A stretch of 64,000 nt of DNA from Aeromicrobium sp. (lineage in GTDB: Bacteria > Bacteroidota > Bacteroidia > Flavobacteriales > Flavobacteriaceae), in the NCBI GenBank assembly GCA_964219345.1, contig CAXPPN010000024.1:33554-97553 (forward strand), written 5' to 3'. The notes below the pieces were generated by a model. That model was not told where the DNA came from and made no database searches. It saw nothing but the letters and a program-made list of their open reading frames with translations. The position numbers and the translations under genes are program-made. Positions 57,472-64,000 of this stretch are shown here, one piece after another. Position 1 is the stretch's first letter, and every line of letters begins with the position of its first letter.

Positions 57472-58362
57472 TTAGCTCCACAAGGGACTTGGATACTTTT
57501 TTGCTTCGGTCAACTGAGCTAAAGTATTCACGGCTACCTCTTTATCTTCATAATAGGTCACACCAAACCATTGACTTTTTGTGTTAATAACTTCAACAGA
57601 AATATGACCATTTTGCATCATTTCTTGAGCCACAAAAGGTAGGTATATTTCATTTTTCTCATGATTATCAGTATTTGACAAAAAGGCTTCAAAATATGGA
57701 CCTGTGTAATCGAAAATTTTTGGCGTACAAATCCAAAAATTCATAGATACAGTTGCATTTGAATCTAAAGTTATTCCAGAATCTTGATCTTTAATAACAC
57801 CATTACTTTTAGAAATCTTGGTGCGTTCAATAATTGAGTTTAAGCTATTATTTTTTACAGTACAAACTCCCCTGGACACAGAACCAAATTCCGATAATGT
57901 ATCCTTAAGTTGATATCCAACTAGAGCAAAAATAGCATTGTTTTTTTGATTTTGAATAAAATTTGCTGCTCCCTCAAATGCTTCTCGGCCATAATAGTCG
58001 TCAGCGTTGATAATCACAAAAGGAGTTTTGATAACATGTCTTGCTGTCCAAACCGCATGAGCAGTTCCCCATGGTTTTTTTCTTTCTTTCGAAATCTCTA
58101 TCCCATCTGGAATATCTTCAATCTTTTGAACAAGAACATCTAATTGTATAGCAGTTCCAATGCGTTTTGAAAGATGTTGTCTAAGAAATTCTTGATTTTC
58201 TTGTTTGGTAATGACTACAATATGGTTAAACCCATTTTTTAAGGCATCAAAAATGCTAAATTCCATCAAAAATTCTCCTGCAGGCCCAAGATCATCGAAC
58301 TGTTTTAGTTTTCCATAGCGACTCCCGCTTCCAGCGGCCATAAGTAGTAATGTCATTGTCAT
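57472..58362 (-). CDS. sugar-phosphate nucleotidyltransferase family protein
   Basis: N-terminal LLLMAAGSGSRYG (GxGxR) motif and KPWGTAHAV. Confidence 0.72.
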   Translation of the reverse strand: MTMTLLLMAAGSGSRYGKLKQFDDLGPAGEFLMEFSIFDALKNGFNHIVVITKQENQEFLRQHLSKRIGTAIQLDVLVQKIEDIPDGIEISKERKKPWGTAHAVWTARHVIKTPFVIINADDYYGREAFEGAANFIQNQKNNAIFALVGYQLKDTLSEFGSVSRGVCTVKNNSLNSIIERTKISKSNGVIKDQDSGITLDSNATVSMNFWICTPKIFDYTGPYFEAFLSNTDNHEKNEIYLPFVAQEMMQNGHISVEVINTKSQWFGVTYYEDKEVAVNTLAQLTEAKKYPSPLWS

Positions 58363-58448
58363 TGATTTAATTGTTGCAAAAATAGAATTTTTCAATCAAT
58401 ACAATTATTTATTTTGTAAATTTGTCACCAAACCAGATTAACTTTTTT

Positions 58449-59522
58449 ATGTTTAAATTGAATTGCACCAAGCTGTTTTTGGTAATTTTTATTGCATTTA
58501 ACTTTATAACAGCTCAAACCCCAGATTACTATTCATCCATAGATTTTTCTCAACAAGGTAATGCTTTAAAAACTCAACTTTCAAACCTAATAATCGACAC
58601 ACACATCACAGATATTCCCTACACTTCGTCAAGTACAGATACATGGGACATTCTAAGAATTAGTGATTTAGAAAATCCAAATTCTGAAAACGTGTTACTA
58701 ATATATGGGTTTGATGACAATGATGGAACTTATATAACGGATCGAACTCGAAATGCTTTTGATACTTGTCATTCAAGCTCTTGTTTAGGACTATGGAATA
58801 GAGAGCATGTCTTTGCAAAATCATTAGCAAACCCAAGTTTGATTACTAATGAACCAGGTTCTGGAACAGATGCCCACAATCTTCGTGCAGCGGATTCACA
58901 AAAAAATACACAACGTAGCAATCGGTTATTTATTGATGATTCAGGAGAGGATTCAAAAATCGTAAATGGAGATTATTTTTTTCCTGGCGATGAATGGAAA
59001 GGCGATGTTGCAAGAATAATTATGTACATGTATTTACGCTATCCCTCACAGTGCCAAGCCATAGATTCTGCAACAGGTAGTGTCAATTATTCTCCTAATG
59101 GCGACATGCCAGATGTGTTTTTGGAGTGGAACGAGGAAGATCCTGTTTCAGCTTTAGAACTTACAAGAAATGATGTAATTTCTTCTTATCAAGGTAATAG
59201 AAACCCTTTTATTGATAACCCCTACTTGGCGACACTGATTTGGAATGGTCCAGCCGCAGTTGATTCTTGGGGAACGCTTTCTACTACAGTTGAAAATGAA
59301 GTCTCTATCCATATCTCACCAACCATTACCAATAGAACCATTACTATAAGTGGATTAGATGATATTGAATTTAAATTACTAATATACAGTCAATTGGGAC
59401 AAAAAATGATATATTCCAGTACATCCAAAACAATAGATGTTTCAAGTTTTCCTTCTGGGCTATATATTCTAAATTTGGAAACCACCAAAGGCAATTATCA
59501 GTCAAAGTTTATCGTCAAATAG
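58449..59522 (+). CDS. extracellular endonuclease I family nuclease with T9SS C-terminal sorting domain
   Basis: Signal peptide. Endonuclease I motifs NREHVFAKS, DAHNLRAADSQKNTQRSN and QGNRNPFIDNP. The C-terminal ~80 aa (ITISGL...GLYILNLETTKGNYQSKFIVK) resemble a type A Por/T9SS CTD. Confidence 0.78.
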   Translation: MFKLNCTKLFLVIFIAFNFITAQTPDYYSSIDFSQQGNALKTQLSNLIIDTHITDIPYTSSSTDTWDILRISDLENPNSENVLLIYGFDDNDGTYITDRTRNAFDTCHSSSCLGLWNREHVFAKSLANPSLITNEPGSGTDAHNLRAADSQKNTQRSNRLFIDDSGEDSKIVNGDYFFPGDEWKGDVARIIMYMYLRYPSQCQAIDSATGSVNYSPNGDMPDVFLEWNEEDPVSALELTRNDVISSYQGNRNPFIDNPYLATLIWNGPAAVDSWGTLSTTVENEVSIHISPTITNRTITISGLDDIEFKLLIYSQLGQKMIYSSTSKTIDVSSFPSGLYILNLETTKGNYQSKFIVK

Positions 59523-59612
59523 ATTTAGTTACTCCTTCTACTAAATGTACCAAAAATGTACTAATTTTTTACAGAATTTAATTTACTTTTATTGAATTAT
59601 ATTTCAACAGGG

Positions 59613-59951
59613 ATGTTTTTAAGAATTCAAATAATTGTTTTAATATTTTTAGTTTCAAAATTGGCAGTCGCCCAAAAAATTTTCAGTGTAGACTATGCGA
59701 GTCAGGCTGATATCAAAGTATTTGTTGTTGATTATCAAAGTCAAGCTGATCTTAATGTTTACAAAGTAGATTATCAAAGTCAAGCAAAAGGCAATCAAGG
59801 ATTATGGTATTTTGTTGACTATAAAAGCCAGTCAGATAAAACAATTTTTTTTGTTGACTACAAAAGCCAAGCAGATTTGTTGATATATTTTGTTGATTAT
59901 CAAAGTCAAGCCAAATGGAATGAAAAATCTAAAATGTATTTGATTTATTAA
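59613..59951 (+). CDS. secreted VDYxSQA(D/K) repeat protein (DUF6150-like)
   Basis: Signal peptide followed by six tandem 13-16-aa repeats starting VDY(A/Q/K)SQ. The family name is recalled, not verified. Confidence 0.6.
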   Translation: MFLRIQIIVLIFLVSKLAVAQKIFSVDYASQADIKVFVVDYQSQADLNVYKVDYQSQAKGNQGLWYFVDYKSQSDKTIFFVDYKSQADLLIYFVDYQSQAKWNEKSKMYLIY

Positions 59952-60048
59952 ATTCTGTTAATTATTTTTTTATTATTTTTAAACAAATCAAACTTACATG
60001 CGATCTCTACTTTATTGCAGATTCAAAACCGTTAATACAAATAACCAA

Positions 60049-63000
60049 ATGAAATTAAAATCACTTGTATTATTATTTTTTTCATTCTGTTGGTTAGGTT
60101 TTTCTCAACAAGATGTAGCTGAAATCGAATTTATTGGATTTGATTCAACATCCAATTATGCTCCCGGCTCTGGAGTTTCTGTTCATATAAATCCAATTGG
60201 TATTTACAGGATGGATGATCCTGGTGGACTGGGTACTGATGTTTCTGATAATAATAAATTTTTATTAGAGCTGAGTGATAGTTCTGGAAATTTTGGAGGT
60301 AACATTTTAACTGAGATTTATGACTTTTATGTGCCATTGATTAATGGTGTTATCCCTGCAGATACCCCTCCTGGAAGTAATTACAGGTTAAGGGTTGTAG
60401 CTAGCCAGGGATTCGTTTCAACAGGTGTTTATAATTCAATTGAATCAAATCCGTCATCTCCTTTTACAATATCCGCAGGTTCTTTTGTTGACTACGTAGA
60501 CATTAGTTCAGGAATTTCTTCCATAAGTAACAATTTTTTCCATTGTATTGATGGAGATGGTTATAATGTTAGCTCAAATTCAGCTACTCCATATGCTGGG
60601 AGTTTGAATAGAAGTTATGGTGCACTAACAACAGATACAAATGTTAATCCGTCAACAGTTCCAGATTTTAACTTTGAGGCTAACACAGGCAGTAATTATT
60701 CGGCCTATTTATTTGATATTACAAACGGAGGAGTTTATTCACAATCTTTGTCCATTGATAATATTGGGTTTGGCATTTCTAGAGTAACTGTTTCCGATGA
60801 GCTAAATAATAACGGGTTGCCAATAGGTACGTACAATTTAGAAATTAAAGAAACTAATTCAGATGGAATATCTTCTGTTTACTCTGTTATTTTTCTTTGG
60901 CATAGTAATAACACTAACTTAGGGAATACAACTTCAGAAACGATATGTTTAGGCGAACAGGTTATTTTTTCAATTGATAATACTAGTGCGGGCATCGCAA
61001 GGAATTATGTTAGCTCATATTACAGTTTTAATTTTGGTGATAACTCCCCAATAGAATATTTCACTCACGCGGAATTGATGCATAACAGCGAAGTTGAGCA
61101 TATTTACGGACAAGTTTCTTGTGAAAGTAGTCAAGGGGAGTCGGGGTCAAATTTCATTATAGAAAAACAGTTGTTCAACAAGTTTAGAACAAGTTCTTCG
61201 GAAAGTTGTGATGATTTTTCGATCAATGGTTTAGGGGCAATCAAAGAAGTTAATGTTAGTGATGGGCCTGAAGCGAGCTTCACTGTGTCAGACGAGCAAT
61301 GTGAAACATCTCCTATTATAGCAACAAATACTTCAACTCTTGGGCAATGGGGTCTTGCAGGAACTTGTTTAGATGATGCTTTTTTTGATTGGTATGTAAA
61401 AGAGCCAGGTAGCTCAGATTTTATTCTTGTAAATTCTATTCCACAGCTTGAATCTTGGTTAGTAGGCGATGATTTAGTAATTCCAGCATCAAATGTTACT
61501 GCTGGCTGTTGGGAGATTTATTTAATTGCATACAATGAAGATCTTTGTCAAATTCAATCCCAAACTCCAACACAAACAGTAAGTGTTCAATCCTCGAATA
61601 TAGAGGCTAATTTCCAGTTTTTAGATAATGAAGGGAATGCCATCCCAGAGCCAATTGAAATATGTATATTAGATACAGTTAATTTTGATAATCTAACTAA
61701 TACACTTAGTATTGATTGTCAAAATGATAGTTTTTTATGGTCTATTTCTCCAGTTTCTAGCACTGCTTATCAATTTGTAAATAACACCGACGAAGATTCT
61801 ATCAGTCCAGATGTGATTTTTAATGAGCCAGGTACATATCAAGTTACCCTTAATGCAAGTAATAATTGCGACCAAGATTCAATTACCAAACCTATTACAG
61901 TTTTAGATGTTCCAACGGTAGACTTTATACCATCATCTCTAGACATCTGTGAGACTATTAATGAAAATACTGATTGTTATACTTTAGACTTTAGTGACCC
62001 TTTACTTTCTCCAACATACAATTTTAATTCTAGCCAAGATCCACTTTACAATTGGACAATTTCTGGAGGTGTATTAGGTGTTGATTACACTTTTGAAAAT
62101 GGAACTAGCCAAGATTCAAAATACCCGATTATTAAGTTTTGTACTTTTGGCATCTATCAGTTGACAGTCTCTGTCAATGGAGTTTCCTGCCCTGGTTCTG
62201 ATAATTCTACTTTTACATTTACCTACGAACAAACCCCGATTATTGAAAATAATAATTTGTTGCAAGAATTATGTTCTGGTGATCAGACTCAAGAAGTGGT
62301 TTATAATTCTGATATGCCGTCAGCTACATATTCGTACACCATAACAGCAGATGCTGAGATAAGTGGTTACGAAGGCATAGACTTTAGTAATGGAATTCCA
62401 ATAATGACTTTGATAAATTCTCCACCATCGAATGTTACCAACAATCTCACAATCACTGTTACTCCAACTGTTGGTAATTGTACAGGGAATCCAACAGATT
62501 TTATTTTTACTGTGAATCCCACTCCAGTGATACCAAATCAAACTACAGCAATATGTTCAGAAGAGACTTTTGTGATAAATCCAACAAATGCTCCGCCAAA
62601 TACTATTGTTCCATCTGGAACAACTTATGTTTGGACTGTTGCAGATAATGCTAATGTGACAGGTGATACATCAGAGTCATCTCCTCAGACTGCAATTAGT
62701 CAACAATTAATAAATACTACAAATACAGTTCAGACAGTTATATATACTGTTATTCCAACATCTGGCACAGATGGATTGTGTGAGGGTGATCCATTTACAG
62801 TAACGGTTGATGTCAATCCAAAACCAAGCATAGAAGATATAACCCTGCCTGCAATATGTTCTGGAAATAGTTTTAGTGAAACGCCAACAAACGGAGGGGG
62901 AGTAAGCGGTGCAGACATTGTTCCATCGGGGACTACCTACACTTGGACTGTAGTTGATTCAAGTGGAGAGGTGATTGGTGATTCAGATCAATCAACGCCT

Positions 63001-64000
63001 CAAACGAGTATAGGTCAAACTCTAACAAATACTTCAAATATTCCACAGACAGTGGTTTATACAGTTGTACCTACTTCAGGTGTTCAGGGCAATTGTGAGG
63101 GTGATCCATTTACAATTACAGTTGTGGTGAATCCAGAGCCAATAATGGATAATGTTTTAAATCAAACAATTTGTGGTGGTACTGCTTTTGCTACACCTAT
63201 ATATAATTCTGATGTTTCTGGAGTAACATACTCATGGGAGCTTACATCCACCAATATACCTGCTGAAATTTCGGGCTATCCATCTCCAAACGGAACTGGA
63301 GAGCTTACAGGCTCAGTGATTCAAAATTCTGGGGATACTACATTTACATTGACTTATAATTTAAGTGTATTTTATGATGGATGTTTAGGAAATACAGTCC
63401 CCTTTTCTGTGACTGTAGACCCAGCACCAACAGTAATTTTTGATATTTCTAATCAGGGAGTTTGTAATGGTTATACGTCAATTCCTGTTAATTTATCATC
63501 ACCAACTAATAATGTAAATATTTCCTGGAGTATAGATCCAACACTATACCCAGATGTTTCTGGAATAACACAAACTAGTGGTACAACTGAAATACCTTCA
63601 TTTACTCTGACAAACACTTCTAATCCACCAACCCCAATAAATTTAGTGTTTACTACACAAGCTCAAACGGGTTCAACTGCAGGCTGTAATGGAGAAGTGG
63701 TTGAATATATAATTACAGTTAATCCTCCGGCTCAAGTCAACCAGCCAGATGATCAGGTGGTTTGCAATGGCGCTTCTACAGATGTTATTAACTTTACTTC
63801 AATTAATCTCGGGAATATTGGTGGTAGTCAAACCACACCAAGTGGTGTTGATACTATATTTCTAACATTTAATCAAGGGTATTTAGGTACAGTTGGTTCA
63901 AATACTAATCAATCGAATAATATTTTAACATTTGAAACTTTAGGTATTCTTAATATTAGCTTTACACAAGAAGATACTGATGGAAATGGTTTATTTGATT
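60049..64000 (+). CDS. very large repeat-rich cell-surface protein (PKD / PKD-like repeats), 3' end outside window
   Basis: ATG at 60049 followed by 1317 stop-free codons to the window end. Signal peptide MKLKSLVLLFFSFCWLGFSQQ; N/T/S-rich with Cys-containing repeats of about 100 aa. Missing from the ORF track because there is no stop in the window. Confidence 0.85.
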   Translation, partial: MKLKSLVLLFFSFCWLGFSQQDVAEIEFIGFDSTSNYAPGSGVSVHINPIGIYRMDDPGGLGTDVSDNNKFLLELSDSSGNFGGNILTEIYDFYVPLINGVIPADTPPGSNYRLRVVASQGFVSTGVYNSIESNPSSPFTISAGSFVDYVDISSGISSISNNFFHCIDGDGYNVSSNSATPYAGSLNRSYGALTTDTNVNPSTVPDFNFEANTGSNYSAYLFDITNGGVYSQSLSIDNIGFGISRVTVSDELNNNGLPIGTYNLEIKETNSDGISSVYSVIFLWHSNNTNLGNTTSETICLGEQVIFSIDNTSAGIARNYVSSYYSFNFGDNSPIEYFTHAELMHNSEVEHIYGQVSCESSQGESGSNFIIEKQLFNKFRTSSSESCDDFSINGLGAIKEVNVSDGPEASFTVSDEQCETSPIIATNTSTLGQWGLAGTCLDDAFFDWYVKEPGSSDFILVNSIPQLESWLVGDDLVIPASNVTAGCWEIYLIAYNEDLCQIQSQTPTQTVSVQSSNIEANFQFLDNEGNAIPEPIEICILDTVNFDNLTNTLSIDCQNDSFLWSISPVSSTAYQFVNNTDEDSISPDVIFNEPGTYQVTLNASNNCDQDSITKPITVLDVPTVDFIPSSLDICETINENTDCYTLDFSDPLLSPTYNFNSSQDPLYNWTISGGVLGVDYTFENGTSQDSKYPIIKFCTFGIYQLTVSVNGVSCPGSDNSTFTFTYEQTPIIENNNLLQELCSGDQTQEVVYNSDMPSATYSYTITADAEISGYEGIDFSNGIPIMTLINSPPSNVTNNLTITVTPTVGNCTGNPTDFIFTVNPTPVIPNQTTAICSEETFVINPTNAPPNTIVPSGTTYVWTVADNANVTGDTSESSPQTAISQQLINTTNTVQTVIYTVIPTSGTDGLCEGDPFTVTVDVNPKPSIEDITLPAICSGNSFSETPTNGGGVSGADIVPSGTTYTWTVVDSSGEVIGDSDQSTPQTSIGQTLTNTSNIPQTVVYTVVPTSGVQGNCEGDPFTITVVVNPEPIMDNVLNQTICGGTAFATPIYNSDVSGVTYSWELTSTNIPAEISGYPSPNGTGELTGSVIQNSGDTTFTLTYNLSVFYDGCLGNTVPFSVTVDPAPTVIFDISNQGVCNGYTSIPVNLSSPTNNVNISWSIDPTLYPDVSGITQTSGTTEIPSFTLTNTSNPPTPINLVFTTQAQTGSTAGCNGEVVEYIITVNPPAQVNQPDDQVVCNGASTDVINFTSINLGNIGGSQTTPSGVDTIFLTFNQGYLGTVGSNTNQSNNILTFETLGILNISFTQEDTDGNGLFD
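62227..63720 (+). repeat. Five tandem ~290-315-nt coding repeats (PKD-like domain units) inside the giant ORF
   Basis: Units start near 62227, 62515, 62815, 63130 and 63421. Each has the form NP.P.I...Q.(I/V)C.G......(T)Y.W........C.G.........V.V. Units 2 and 3 are about 55-60% identical at the protein level by eye. Confidence 0.7.

Noticed and set aside
59523-59546. Inverted repeat ATTTAGT...ACTAAAT after the endonuclease gene, considered as a terminator.
   Set aside because: The stem is AT-only and 7 bp, the loop is 10 nt, and no following T-run is present, so it is too weak to call.
1-64000. Search for rRNA, tRNA, tmRNA/RNase P-sized gaps, CRISPR repeats, IS elements or transposases, integrases, restriction-modification or other defence modules.
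   Set aside because: No intergenic region exceeds about 465 nt. No direct-repeat/spacer arrays, cloverleaf-like segments or transposase/integrase-like ORFs were recognised. The only mobile-element-like trace is the ParE remnant.

Overview
Low-GC, tightly packed chromosomal window that looks like Bacteroidota/Flavobacteriia. Supporting signs are TAnnTTTG -7 boxes, a T9SS-type C-terminal sorting domain, DUF1573 and an Nqr respiratory operon. About 70 CDS were called and most are core housekeeping. They include nqrB(partial)CDEF-apbE, map, gpmI, lpxK, gap, lipA, murB, valS, psd-cdsA, ftsH-rsfS, birA, pyrE, coaD, ddl, rluD and yaaA. Two tryptophan modules stand out. The first is an 8-gene minus-strand kynurenine-pathway operon (11897-19509: kynU-kmo-ridA-ALDH-SDR-HAO-ACMSD-OMT). 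The second is a complete trpEGDCFBA operon (48536-54846). Upstream of trpE is an unlisted 18-codon leader ORF with three consecutive Trp codons, followed by a terminator hairpin that abuts the trpE ATG, i.e. a classical-looking attenuator. Other observations: a decayed ParE/RelE-like toxin remnant in the largest intergenic gap; an aqpZ whose conserved N-terminus begins at ATT; and a T6 homopolymer frameshift in the signal peptide of a lipoprotein gene downstream of trpA. There is also an ECF-sigma operon with a small Cys4 membrane protein, a GT2 and an Nramp transporter but no canonical anti-sigma, and a thioredoxin/rhodanese cluster. The 3' end holds a secreted-protein island: endonuclease I with a T9SS CTD, a VDYxSQA(D/K) repeat protein, and a >1317-aa repeat-rich surface protein absent from the ORF track because it runs off the window. 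No rRNA, tRNA, CRISPR array, intact transposase/IS or recognisable defence system was seen. All family assignments rest on motif recognition by eye, with no database search.
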